Notes under the pieces: generated by a model | Told to the model about the DNA's origin: nothing | Databases searched by the model: none | What the model saw: the letters and a program-made list of their open reading frames with translations, nothing else | Shown here: piece by piece, positions 36,566 through 46,492 of the stretch | How positions within the stretch are numbered: position 1 is the stretch's first letter | Layout of the letters: each line of letters begins with the position of its first letter | Translations under genes and position numbers: made by a program | Assembly (NCBI GenBank): GCA_005239675.1 | Contig: SBBO01000020.1 | Coordinates: 13,627-77,626 of the forward strand | DNA length: 64,000 nucleotides | Source of the DNA: Planctomycetales bacterium | GTDB lineage: Bacteria > Omnitrophota > Gorgyraeia > Zapsychrales > Zapsychraceae | Direction: 5' to 3'

Positions 36566-37739
36566 AAGAGTATCTCCCCCCTGGGAAGAAGAGATCCTGG
36601 ACCTCGAGCGCTCGGGATTAAAGCGACGCCTGCGGGATCTGAGTGGTGCGCAGGGTCGCATGATCACTCTCGATGGAAAAGAAGTTCTTAATTTCTGTTC
36701 GAATAATTATTTGGGATTGGCCGATGACCCGCGCCTGCGTCGGGCTGCGGTAGAGGTGATTGAAAAGGAAGGAGTGGGTTCCGGTGCCTCGCGGCTTATC
36801 AGCGGCAATATGGCGGCCCATCGTGCGCTTGAAGAGACGATCGCCCATTTTAAGGGGACGCAGGGCGCCTTAGTCTTTAGTGCTGGGTATATGGCTAACG
36901 TAGGAATTATATCGAGTGTTTTCGGTCGCGACGATATTATTTTCGGCGACCGGCTGAATCATGCCTCGATTATCGATGGGATTGTTTTAAGCCAGGCCAA
37001 ATTTAGGCGCTATCCTCATTGCGATATGGAAACACTCGAGGAGATGTTGCGGTCAGCGACAGGTTTTCGTTGGCGTGGCATCATTACCGACAGTGTTTTT
37101 AGCATGGATGGCGATATCGCGCCTTTGGATAAAATTGTTGCCCTGGCAGAACGATATGATTGTTTGGTCATGATTGATGAGGCGCACGCCTTGGGTGTCA
37201 TCGGCAAACACGGCAAAGGGCTGGCAGAATATTTTGGTGTGGAAGACAAGATTGCTATCCAGATGGGAACACTCTCTAAGGCTGCCGGTTGTTTCGGTGC
37301 CTACTGCAGCGGGTCCAAGGCGCTGATTGATTTTTTGATCAACAAGGCGCGTAGTTTTATGTATACAACCGCGATACCACCGGCGGTAGCAGCATCGGCG
37401 CAAAAGGCCATACAGATTATCCGTGATGATACCATGCTGCGCCAACTATTATGGGAGAATACGCATTATTTTAAGAAGGCGCTGGATCAGATAGGATTTG
37501 ATACACTCGGCTCGCAGACACCCATTATCCCGATCATTGTAGGAGAATCGCGTTTGACAGTTGAATTCTCAAGGCGTTTATGGGATGAAGGCATCTTTGT
37601 TAGCGCGATTCGTCCGCCAACGGTGCCGGTCCATACGGGGCGCTTACGCTTGACGGTCATGGCCACCCATACGCGCGAAGACCTCGATTATGCCTTGGAA
37701 AAATTAAAGATGATTGGCAGAGGATTGAACTTGGTTTAA
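36549..37739 (+). CDS. bioF: 8-amino-7-oxononanoate synthase
   Basis: 396 aa AOS-family PLP enzyme (NNYLGL...SGASRLISG...TLSKAAG). Confidence 0.8.
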   Translation: MLLMNKRVSPPWEEEILDLERSGLKRRLRDLSGAQGRMITLDGKEVLNFCSNNYLGLADDPRLRRAAVEVIEKEGVGSGASRLISGNMAAHRALEETIAHFKGTQGALVFSAGYMANVGIISSVFGRDDIIFGDRLNHASIIDGIVLSQAKFRRYPHCDMETLEEMLRSATGFRWRGIITDSVFSMDGDIAPLDKIVALAERYDCLVMIDEAHALGVIGKHGKGLAEYFGVEDKIAIQMGTLSKAAGCFGAYCSGSKALIDFLINKARSFMYTTAIPPAVAASAQKAIQIIRDDTMLRQLLWENTHYFKKALDQIGFDTLGSQTPIIPIIVGESRLTVEFSRRLWDEGIFVSAIRPPTVPVHTGRLRLTVMATHTREDLDYALEKLKMIGRGLNLV

Positions 37740-37745
37740 ACCATT

Positions 37746-38555
37746 ATGCCTTATATCACGACCCACAGCGGGATTGACTGGCATTACGACATCGAAGGTA
37801 CCGGTGAGCACCTGTTGTTCCTACATGGCTGGGGTGTAGACAAGCGCATCTGGCGTCAGCAATCGAAATTCTTTTCTCAATATTATCGTGCGATGACCAT
37901 TGATCTGCCTGGCCATGGTAAAAGCGGATGGAAAGAGATGACCCTGGAGACGATGGTCAAAGACCTTAAAACGATCCTGCAGGTATTGCAGTTAACCGAG
38001 GTTACTATCATCGGCAGTTCCTTGGGGGGACTGATGGCCTTGAAATTATACGCCATCCATTCGACAGGGATCAAACGGTTGGCCTTGGTCGGTGCCATGC
38101 CGAAATTTGCTAAGTCCGCTGATTATCCGTATGGCCTGGATATAAGTCGGATGCGTAAATTAAAGGGCCAGCTGGACAGTGATTATCCATCGATTGTTGA
38201 TATTTTTTTTCGTTCGCTATTTACTCGGGAAGAACGGCAAGGCCGGCGGTTCAAGTGGTTGCAAAAGTTTCGGCGATTCGATGGGGTGCCGATGCAGCAG
38301 GCGTTGGCTGGATATTTGGACATCTTGGAGCAAGAAGACCTGCGCGAGGTCCTTAAAGAAGTACGCGTCCCCATCCAATTCATCAACGGTCAGGATGATG
38401 AAATCTGCAATAAGGAAATAGTGGCCTTTCTCAAAAAGGTACGCCCCGAGTCACAGTTTTATTTCTTTGAGCAATGTGGCCATTTTCCGTTTTTAAGCAA
38501 GCCCCATGAATTCAACCAGGTCCTCGGGGCCTTTCTCAAGAGATCAACATTGTAA
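37746..38555 (+). CDS. bioH: pimeloyl-[ACP] methyl ester esterase BioH (alpha/beta hydrolase)
   Basis: HGWG oxyanion motif, the nucleophile elbow GSSLGG, and a C-terminal His. It is annotated BioH because it sits between bioF and bioC. Confidence 0.7.
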   Translation: MPYITTHSGIDWHYDIEGTGEHLLFLHGWGVDKRIWRQQSKFFSQYYRAMTIDLPGHGKSGWKEMTLETMVKDLKTILQVLQLTEVTIIGSSLGGLMALKLYAIHSTGIKRLALVGAMPKFAKSADYPYGLDISRMRKLKGQLDSDYPSIVDIFFRSLFTREERQGRRFKWLQKFRRFDGVPMQQALAGYLDILEQEDLREVLKEVRVPIQFINGQDDEICNKEIVAFLKKVRPESQFYFFEQCGHFPFLSKPHEFNQVLGAFLKRSTL

Positions 38556-38561
38556 ATCACG

Positions 38562-39374
38562 ATGATTTTAAAATTGATTGATGATAAAATTCGCCGCGCT
38601 TTCTCAGATGCTGCTGTACGCTATGACGTCTTGACTGGTTTGCACAAGGAAATCGGCCGCGAACTGCTTAAGAAAATAACAGGATCCATGGAGGGTGTGA
38701 GTGGGGGCGTGGTTGCTGAACCGACCTCCATACTAGATGTGGGCTCAGGAACCGGCTGGTCCACGGTCAGAATAAAGACATGCTTCCCTGAGGCCCGTGT
38801 AGTGGGGATAGATGCTGCCGAAGGGATGGTCGAGGCGGCAAGACGCCGCGAGGAGGGTTTACAGATTGTCCAGGCTGATGCAGCACGGTTGCCATTCAAA
38901 AAAGAAACCTTTGATCTTATTTTCTCCAACTTAGCGTACCAGTGGGTTAGCAATCCGGCGGTGGCCTTTACAGAATGTTATCGGGTTTTACGTAGTAATG
39001 GGAAGCTCTATGCAACGATATTCGGATATCATACGTTTCAGGAATTATTCGATGCCTTAATGAAAACCCGTGAGGTCAGCAAAAAAGATATTTGTTGCGC
39101 GCGGCTTGCAAGCAAAGAAGAGATGTCTGTTGCGTTCCATAAGGCGGGATTCCCAGCGGTTCGTCTTGAAGGGGAAACGATCCGCGTGCACTTTCCCGAC
39201 ATGATGGCCATTGTTCAATGGGTCAAGGACATCGGCGCCAACACATTGATGCATCCTATGTCCGTCGGTCGGGACTGGCTGAACAGGGCCAATGATTATT
39301 ATCTTAACACCTTTCACGATCGTTGGGGTGTTTATGCGACCTTTGAAGTGATTTGGGTGGAAGTTGGGAAATAA
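38562..39374 (+). CDS. bioC: malonyl-[ACP] O-methyltransferase BioC (SAM-dependent MTase)
   Basis: The SAM-binding motif ILDVGSGTGW and its biotin-cluster context. Confidence 0.7.
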   Translation: MILKLIDDKIRRAFSDAAVRYDVLTGLHKEIGRELLKKITGSMEGVSGGVVAEPTSILDVGSGTGWSTVRIKTCFPEARVVGIDAAEGMVEAARRREEGLQIVQADAARLPFKKETFDLIFSNLAYQWVSNPAVAFTECYRVLRSNGKLYATIFGYHTFQELFDALMKTREVSKKDICCARLASKEEMSVAFHKAGFPAVRLEGETIRVHFPDMMAIVQWVKDIGANTLMHPMSVGRDWLNRANDYYLNTFHDRWGVYATFEVIWVEVGK

Positions 39375-39416
39375 GAAGACTAATTTTGTCAAAGTCGAGA
39401 GGACTAACATTTAGCC

Positions 39417-41483
39417 ATGACGCGCAATACTGCAAGGGGAATATTTATCACGGGTACTGACACGGGCGTGGGTAAGACCGTCGCGATGCTGGTTCTTGGC
39501 ATCCACCTGCAAAAAGCAGGGTTTAATGTCGGGATCATGAAGCCAGTTCAGTGTGCCGGAAAAGACGCGTCTTTTTTGAAGAAGTCTTTGCATCTCGCTT
39601 GCGACTTGACCCACATCAATCCTTATCTTGCCCCTGAACCATTATCCCCCCACCTTGCCTTTAGTCGCATTAAGAACGAAATCAATGCCTCGAAGATCAT
39701 AACGGCCTATCAGCATTTACAACAACATCATGACATTATTTTAGTCGAGGGCGCCGGTGGTTTGCTGGTGCCTTTACGTAAAGATTATTTGGTTGCGGAT
39801 TTAGTGAGAGACATGGATCTAGATCTGATAATTGTCGCACGTCTAGGATTGGGGACGATCAATCATTCGTTGTTGACAATCCAAGCTGCCCGCGCCCACG
39901 GATTGCATGTGCGTGGCATTATCTTTAATGCAACACGGCCCATCATGCCGGGAATCTCTCAGGCAACCCCTTTGGGGTTGCCTGAGAGAACCAATCCCAT
40001 TATTATCCGTCAATTGGGCCATGTCGCAATCTTAGGGACTATTCCTTATTTGAAGAATTTTCGTCGGCAGGAGATCCTAACCCAATGTCACCTCAATCTA
40101 CGGCTAATTATTGATCGCGTCCCTGACGCATCCGCATCTCAGGTCCCGCGGCAGCTGGCAGCTTGGGATAAAAAATACCTTTGGCACCCCTTTACTCAGA
40201 TGAAGGACTGGTTGGCGGATGAACCACTCGTCATTAGCCGTGCCCGCGGGAGTTATTTAATCGACACTCAGGGTCGTCGTTATCTCGATGGCGTGTCCAG
40301 TCTTTGGGTGAATGTTCATGGCCATGGGCACCAAACGGTCAATCGCTTCATCGGCGAACAACTCAATCAACTAGAGCACTCAACGCTATTGGGACTGTCC
40401 AATACCCCGGCCATCCAATTGGCGCGTAAGTTAGTGACCATCGCACCCATTGGCCTGAACAAGGTTTTTTATTCGGATAATGGCTCCACCGCCGTTGAGG
40501 CAGCGATCAAGATCGCTTATCAGTATTGGCAAAATACCGGATGTTCCAATAAACGGCTCATCGCACATCTAGCCAATTCTTATCACGGCGACACGCTGGG
40601 AAGCGTGAGCGTGGGCGGTATCGATTTATTTCACCAGGTTTATCGAGATCTCGTCTTTCCCACCATGGCCGTTGATTTTCCAGACTGTTACCGTGCGCCT
40701 AGAGGCAAGAAATATCCGGACTATGCCTTTGAATGCTTGGAGCGGTTTGCAACGACCTTGAAGAAAAGACATAACCGCATCGCCGCTTTTGTTGTTGAGC
40801 CCATTGTCCAGGGGGCCGCAGGTATGTTGATGTGGCCGAAGGGTATTTTAAAAAGAATGCGCGAGCTCTGCCATCGGTATAAGATTATTTTTATCGCTGA
40901 TGAGGTAGCGACCGGTTTTGGGCGTACCGGCAAGATGTTTGCCTGTGAACACGAAGGCGTCTCACCGGATATCTTGTGCCTAGCCAAAGGACTCACCGCT
41001 GGGTATCTGCCGCTCGCTGCGACACTGACCACCCAAGAGATTTTCAATGGTTTTGTGTTCGATTATAAAGATCAGAAGACGTTTTTCCATGGTCACACCT
41101 ATACCGGTAATCCGTTAGCGTGTGCGGCAGCGTTGGCGAATCTGGAGGTCTTTGAGCGGGAGAAGACACTGCGCACGCTTGTCCCCAAAATAAAATTCTT
41201 GAGGGAGCGGCTTAATTTGTTTTATAATCTTCCTCATGTGGGCGACGTCCGTCAGTGTGGATTTATGGTTGGGATTGAACTGGTGCGCGATCGTCAGACC
41301 AAAGAGCCGTATGCGTGGCAAGAGCGCGTGGGCACACGCGTCTGCCAAGAGATACGAAAACACGGTGTCATCTTGCGGCCGTTAGGCAATGTGATTGTCC
41401 TTATGCCGCCATTGTCCATTGCCATGGATGAATTGACACATCTCTTGGATGCCACGTACCGAGCCATAGAAAAGAAGACATGA
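39417..41483 (+). CDS. bioDA: fused dethiobiotin synthetase (BioD) - adenosylmethionine-8-amino-7-oxononanoate aminotransferase (BioA)
   Basis: A single 688-aa ORF. The N-terminal ~230 aa is BioD (GIFITGTDTGVGKTV...EGAGG) and the C-terminal ~450 aa is a class-III aminotransferase (YLWHPFTQM...ADEVATGFGRTGKMFA). Confidence 0.82.
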   Translation: MTRNTARGIFITGTDTGVGKTVAMLVLGIHLQKAGFNVGIMKPVQCAGKDASFLKKSLHLACDLTHINPYLAPEPLSPHLAFSRIKNEINASKIITAYQHLQQHHDIILVEGAGGLLVPLRKDYLVADLVRDMDLDLIIVARLGLGTINHSLLTIQAARAHGLHVRGIIFNATRPIMPGISQATPLGLPERTNPIIIRQLGHVAILGTIPYLKNFRRQEILTQCHLNLRLIIDRVPDASASQVPRQLAAWDKKYLWHPFTQMKDWLADEPLVISRARGSYLIDTQGRRYLDGVSSLWVNVHGHGHQTVNRFIGEQLNQLEHSTLLGLSNTPAIQLARKLVTIAPIGLNKVFYSDNGSTAVEAAIKIAYQYWQNTGCSNKRLIAHLANSYHGDTLGSVSVGGIDLFHQVYRDLVFPTMAVDFPDCYRAPRGKKYPDYAFECLERFATTLKKRHNRIAAFVVEPIVQGAAGMLMWPKGILKRMRELCHRYKIIFIADEVATGFGRTGKMFACEHEGVSPDILCLAKGLTAGYLPLAATLTTQEIFNGFVFDYKDQKTFFHGHTYTGNPLACAAALANLEVFEREKTLRTLVPKIKFLRERLNLFYNLPHVGDVRQCGFMVGIELVRDRQTKEPYAWQERVGTRVCQEIRKHGVILRPLGNVIVLMPPLSIAMDELTHLLDATYRAIEKKT

Positions 41484-41746
41484 CCATTAAGCGTATTGTC
41501 ATTTCAAGTTCAAGAATTAGGGCAGATCGAATTTTTAAAGGAATGGCGCAAAGAGATTATCCAAGAACTAAAATCATAATCACTAACTTCCGGCCGCAAT
41601 TGGCCGGAGTTTGATTGCGGCTTAATAGGGAATTCAAGAATTTCGTGTGAGAACGCACGAATCGAATTCTTCCCCGTAAAATCCTTTATGGTTTTTACGA
41701 GACGCGTTTTCCGAAAATACATTTTATGTTGGTACAGAATAAAACA

Positions 41747-42829
41747 ATGAGAAAGAAGATTTTCGTCGCCATGTCCGGCGGGGTGGATTCATCTGTCGCG
41801 GCTGGGATGATGAAAGAGGCCGGGCATGAGGTGGTTGGGGTCACGATGTGCTTTAGCATCAATCACCCAGATAGTAAAAAACCATCGTGCTGTGGGGTGG
41901 CAGGTATTCAGGATGCCCAACGCGCGGCGCAGATTCTTAATATCCCGCATTACGTGCTCGACTTTGCTAAAGATATCGACCAACACATCATCGAGGATTT
42001 TACTAACGAATATCTGAGCGGCCGCACGCCCAATCCGTGTGTGCGTTGCAATCAGCATCTTAAGTTTGGGACTCTCTATGCCAAGGTCAAAGGCCTAGGC
42101 GCAGATTACTTAGCCACGGGTCATTACGGGCGTATCGATTTTAACGCAACAACCGGCCGCCATGAACTGAAGAAGGCCAAAGACCCCAAGAAAGACCAAT
42201 CCTATTTTCTCTGCAGCATGCGCAAGGAAACCCTGCCATCAGTTTTATTTCCATTAGGGGATATGACCAAAGACCAGGCGCGCTCGCTCGCCCGCAAGTA
42301 CAAATTAAATACCGCTGAGAAACCAGAAAGTCAGGATATCTGTTTTGTCCCTGACGCCGGATACAAAAAATTTTTGCAGGACAGGGTAGGCAGCCGGCTT
42401 TTTCAGCCAGGGCCTTTTATAGACGAAGATGGCAAGGTCGTGGGTTGGCACAAAGGCATTGCCCATTACACGATTGGTCAGCGCGATAAACTAGGCATTG
42501 CGCTGGGGCATCCTGTTTATGTGTGCAAGATAGACCAAGAGACCAACACTGTCCACGTCGGACCAGAGTCTTCGCTGTACGCGACGGGGTTTTACGCACG
42601 CCAATTTAATCCAGTTAGCATGGAGATTCCTACAGAAGTAATGGAGGTCCAAGTGCGCATCCGTTATAATGCTCCCGAGACTAAGGCGTGGCTGACGGTC
42701 CTGGGGCCGGACCGGGTCCGGGTCGAATTCGCTACCCCGCAAAAGTCGGTTACGCCAGGGCAATCCGCGGTCTTTTATAGAGACGATGTGGTCTTGGCCG
42801 GGGCAATCATTGATTGGTCCATTAAGTAA
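41747..42829 (+). CDS. mnmA: tRNA-specific 2-thiouridylase MnmA
   Basis: PP-loop SGGVDSS and the conserved Cys pair. The ATG at 41747 fits the MnmA N-terminus. An in-frame ATG lies upstream at 41726. Confidence 0.88.
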   Translation: MRKKIFVAMSGGVDSSVAAGMMKEAGHEVVGVTMCFSINHPDSKKPSCCGVAGIQDAQRAAQILNIPHYVLDFAKDIDQHIIEDFTNEYLSGRTPNPCVRCNQHLKFGTLYAKVKGLGADYLATGHYGRIDFNATTGRHELKKAKDPKKDQSYFLCSMRKETLPSVLFPLGDMTKDQARSLARKYKLNTAEKPESQDICFVPDAGYKKFLQDRVGSRLFQPGPFIDEDGKVVGWHKGIAHYTIGQRDKLGIALGHPVYVCKIDQETNTVHVGPESSLYATGFYARQFNPVSMEIPTEVMEVQVRIRYNAPETKAWLTVLGPDRVRVEFATPQKSVTPGQSAVFYRDDVVLAGAIIDWSIK

Positions 42830-42858
42830 TGTTTCGGTGATTAAAATGGTGGAGGCTT

Positions 42859-44133
42859 ATGGATATCAAACTCGACTACAGTAATCTTAAGGGTTTTGTC
42901 AGCACCAAGGATATAGAAGGCCTCTTGCCCGCTATCCAGAAGGCCCACAATGACCTGGAAAATAAAGCCGGTAAGGGTAGCGCCTTTACTGGCTGGCTGG
43001 ATTTGCCTGCGCGTCTGCAGGACAGTTTTCTAGATGAGATAGTTGAATTCGGTAAAGCGATCCGTCAGGATTCGGACTGTTTATTAAGCATTGGCATCGG
43101 TGGTTCATACCTGGGGATTCACGCGACATTAGAATTTTTAATCGCAGATCAAAAATTGCCGGTCTATTTCGCTGGCCAAGATCTAAGCACCAATTATCTT
43201 TACTACCTACTTCAAGGCCTTAAAGATAAGAGAATTACGGTGGTTGTCATCTCAAAATCTGGCACCACCACCGAACCCGCCCTGGCGTTTCGTATCATTA
43301 AAAAATTCATGGAGGAGCAGTACTCTGCTATGGAGCTTAAGAAGCGGATTATTTGTATCACCGACCCTTGCGATGGCGCCTTACGGGCCATCGCAAGCAA
43401 GGCTGGATACCGCGTATTTCCTATTGACCGGGATATTGGCGGCCGCTTTTCTGTCTTGACGACGGCTGGACTGGTGCCGCTTTCCATCGCCGGCATTGAT
43501 ATCAAAGGCTTGATTCAAGGGGCGCGCAGTGCACAGCGGTCTTGCTCGCGGATGGATTTAGAAGCCAATATCGCCTATCAATACGCCGCCGCCCGGTTTC
43601 TTTTGTATCAACAGGGAAAGACGATAGAGGTATTGTCCACGTTTTATCGACGCCTGGCGTTGGTGGAAGAATGGTGGAAACAGCTTTTTGGAGAGAGCGA
43701 GGGTAAAGACGGCAAAGGACTTTTTCCTACGTCTTTAAGTTTCACGACGGATCTGCATTCCATGGGGCAGTTGGTCCAGGAAGGACCGCGCAACATGTTT
43801 GAGACCTTCTTGCTGGTGGACAAGCCCGGGTGTGGCATGACGATCCCCGAGGATCCGGATAATCTGGATAATTTCAATTGTGTCGCTGGGAAAGACCTCG
43901 ATTATGTCAACAAGCAGGCATGGGTGGCAACGGCAACCGCCCATTATGAAGGCGGCGTGCCTAATATGACGATTATGGTCCCTCGCTTCGACTCTTATTC
44001 TCTGGGGCAATTATTTTATTTCTTTGAGAAGACGGTGGCTATCAAAGGTTATCTTCTAGGGGTGAATCCCTTTGATCAGCCGGGTGTCGAGGCCTATAAG
44101 AAGAAGCTGTTTGAATTGTTGGGTAGAAAATGA
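42859..44133 (+). CDS. pgi: glucose-6-phosphate isomerase
   Basis: 424 aa with the two SIS domains of the short bacterial/archaeal PGI form (VVISKSGTTTEP...GGRFS...GESEGKDG). Confidence 0.85.
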   Translation: MDIKLDYSNLKGFVSTKDIEGLLPAIQKAHNDLENKAGKGSAFTGWLDLPARLQDSFLDEIVEFGKAIRQDSDCLLSIGIGGSYLGIHATLEFLIADQKLPVYFAGQDLSTNYLYYLLQGLKDKRITVVVISKSGTTTEPALAFRIIKKFMEEQYSAMELKKRIICITDPCDGALRAIASKAGYRVFPIDRDIGGRFSVLTTAGLVPLSIAGIDIKGLIQGARSAQRSCSRMDLEANIAYQYAAARFLLYQQGKTIEVLSTFYRRLALVEEWWKQLFGESEGKDGKGLFPTSLSFTTDLHSMGQLVQEGPRNMFETFLLVDKPGCGMTIPEDPDNLDNFNCVAGKDLDYVNKQAWVATATAHYEGGVPNMTIMVPRFDSYSLGQLFYFFEKTVAIKGYLLGVNPFDQPGVEAYKKKLFELLGRK

Positions 44134-44166
44134 AGAGGCAAGAATTAATTAAAAGGAGATAGAGCG

Positions 44167-44358
44167 ATGGGACAGATTGGCATGTCGGAGATTATTTTTG
44201 TTGTCTTGGTCATCCTGGTCCTGTTCGGCGCCAAAAGGTTGCCGGAGATAGGCAGCGCCTTAGGAAAGGCCATCCAGGAATTCAGGAAGGCGAGTAAAGA
44301 AGTCCGGGACGACGTCAAGGACGCCATCGAAGACCGTAACGATGACCATAAGTCCTAA
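44167..44358 (+). CDS. tatA: twin-arginine translocase TatA/E
   Basis: 63 aa: an N-terminal TM helix, then the hinge and amphipathic helix FGAKRLPEIGSALGKA. Confidence 0.85.
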   Translation: MGQIGMSEIIFVVLVILVLFGAKRLPEIGSALGKAIQEFRKASKEVRDDVKDAIEDRNDDHKS

Positions 44359-45085
44359 TGAGTTTTCTTTTTTGGAACACCTCGAGGAGCTGCGTTCTCG
44401 GTTAATCAAAGCTGTGGTGGCCATTATTCTGACCGCATGTTTTTTTTATCCTGCCGTTGATCAGGTTCTTACCTTTTTGATTCATCCTGTTGAGAAAGTC
44501 GTATTCACTTCGCCTGCTGATGCCTTGGCGGTGCGTTTGACGCTCACCTTCTGGGGTGGGGTCGTTCTATCCCTGCCGGTTATCGTTTATCAGTTTTGGA
44601 GATTCATTGCCGCCGGTCTTAAAGGGCACGAGAAACAACATATTCGTTTCTTTGCTCCATTTTCGTTGGTCCTGTTTGTCGCGGGTGGTGTGTTTGGGTA
44701 TACGGTCATGATCCCGATCGGGATGAAGTTTTTGTTAAGTTTTGCAACGGATTCTATTGTCCCCATGATCACGATTAAAAATTATATTTCTTTTGTGACG
44801 ACGTTCATTTTGGCCTTTGGCGTGGCCTTTGAGCTCCCCATCATCTTGATATTTTTGGCGAGACTCGGGATCGTGACGCCGGCATTTCTCGCGCAGAAAC
44901 GAAGACACGCGATAGTCATTATTCTAATCGTGAGCGCTGTGATCACCCCTCCCGATCTTGTTATGCAGATGGTCGTGACGCTCCCTTTGGTTATTTTATA
45001 TGAGTTGGGAACACTCGTTGCCCGTATCGCTCTTCCTGCCCCCCAGATTGCCTCGGGGACCAGAGAATCTGGACAACAGGCTTGA
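44342..45085 (+). CDS. tatC: twin-arginine translocase TatC
   Basis: Six TM helices and the N-terminal LEHLEELRSRL motif. It overlaps tatA by 17 nt. Confidence 0.88.
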   Translation: MTISPNEFSFLEHLEELRSRLIKAVVAIILTACFFYPAVDQVLTFLIHPVEKVVFTSPADALAVRLTLTFWGGVVLSLPVIVYQFWRFIAAGLKGHEKQHIRFFAPFSLVLFVAGGVFGYTVMIPIGMKFLLSFATDSIVPMITIKNYISFVTTFILAFGVAFELPIILIFLARLGIVTPAFLAQKRRHAIVIILIVSAVITPPDLVMQMVVTLPLVILYELGTLVARIALPAPQIASGTRESGQQA

Positions 45086-45152
45086 GGGATGGCCAATTTG
45101 CGGTTATACTTAAACTGGTAGTGGACGCCCTTGGTCAAGAGAGGAGATATGT

Positions 45153-45362
45153 ATGAACATTCTAGAGTTAAGAGAGCTGTTAAAGGATAAGAGGGTTATC
45201 GAGGAGATCAATAAACATTTGTGGATTGAAAGCCAAAAGGTAGGATATTCTATCGGCTTTGACCGGGCAACAGAAGAATGGTTGCGGCTTTACTCGGCAG
45301 GGTGGTTGAAATATCATGAGCCGGAAAAATACCAAAAATTAAAAATGAAGAACAATCGCTAA
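45153..45362 (+). CDS. hypothetical small soluble protein
   Basis: 69-aa ORF with a strong RBS (GAGAGGAGA). I recognise no family. Confidence 0.35.
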   Translation: MNILELRELLKDKRVIEEINKHLWIESQKVGYSIGFDRATEEWLRLYSAGWLKYHEPEKYQKLKMKNNR

Positions 45363-45388
45363 GCCACGTTTTTCTTCAGCAAGAGTTT

Positions 45389-46492
45389 ATGCCGTCTTTA
45401 TACGTCCATATTCCATTTTGCGAAAAGAAATGTTTTTATTGTTCGTTTGTGGTTGCCGTAGGGCAATCAGAGCGTAGCGATGCTTATCTGCAGGCAATGG
45501 CACGGGAGTCCCAGCAATACCGTCATTTAAGGTTTAGCAGTATTTATATAGGCGGCGGGACGCCGAGTTATTTAACGGACGATCAGTTGCAACGATTATT
45601 GGGGCTAGTACGAGAGAATTGCACGGTTACTGTTGGTGGTGAATATACGCTCGAGATGAATCCTGAGAGTGTCCAGGAGACCAAGTTGCGTCTGATGCGC
45701 AAAATGGGGGTCAATCGCATTAGCCTGGGCGTGCAGTCGCTCAATGACCGTTATCTCCGATATCTAGGCAGAAATCACAATCGTCTCAAGGCATATTCAG
45801 CGTATCAGATGATCCGTGATGCGGGGTTCACCAATGTCAATTGCGATTTGATGTTTGGATTTCCGCAGCAGACACTAGGAGAGATCGAGGAAGAGGTTGG
45901 ACAGCTAACAGCGTTCTCCAGCGAACATATCTCCCTTTATATGCTGACTTTGGAGGAGCACAGCCGTTTTTACGCGCAGAAAATTCAACTTCCCGATAGT
46001 GATGAGCAGGTGCACCAATATGAACGGGTGGTGCGACAACTTGAAAGGGCAAGGTGTTATCAATATGAAATCAGCAATTTCGCCAAACCCGGCAAGGAAT
46101 CCCAGCATAATCTTAATTATTGGCGGGGTGGAGAATATATTGGCCTCGGGGTGGGTGCGCATTCGTATTGGCAGGGAAGATTATTTTACAACGTCTCCCG
46201 TTTGAATACATACATGGCGCGGGTCTCCCGCGATGGTTCTGCCGTGGAAGCCGGACAGTCCTTGGACGCCCATGAACGCCTTAAGCAGGCGTTTTTAATC
46301 GGATTACGGATGAATCAAGGCGTTGCCCTCGAGGCGCTAGAGAAGGCCTGGGATTGTTCTTTAGCGTCTGATGAACAAAAGAAAATTACCTATTTTATTC
46401 AACACGATTTTTTGATGAGAGACGACGGTTATTTAAAGACAACGCCGAAGGGAAGGTTAGTATTAGATGAGTTGTGTGCGCAGTTGAGTTAG
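45389..46492 (+). CDS. hemW: radical SAM heme chaperone HemW (oxygen-independent coproporphyrinogen-III oxidase-like)
   Basis: CEKKCFYCSF radical-SAM motif and a HemN C-terminal domain. About 367 aa, the shorter HemW type. Confidence 0.8.
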   Translation: MPSLYVHIPFCEKKCFYCSFVVAVGQSERSDAYLQAMARESQQYRHLRFSSIYIGGGTPSYLTDDQLQRLLGLVRENCTVTVGGEYTLEMNPESVQETKLRLMRKMGVNRISLGVQSLNDRYLRYLGRNHNRLKAYSAYQMIRDAGFTNVNCDLMFGFPQQTLGEIEEEVGQLTAFSSEHISLYMLTLEEHSRFYAQKIQLPDSDEQVHQYERVVRQLERARCYQYEISNFAKPGKESQHNLNYWRGGEYIGLGVGAHSYWQGRLFYNVSRLNTYMARVSRDGSAVEAGQSLDAHERLKQAFLIGLRMNQGVALEALEKAWDCSLASDEQKKITYFIQHDFLMRDDGYLKTTPKGRLVLDELCAQLS

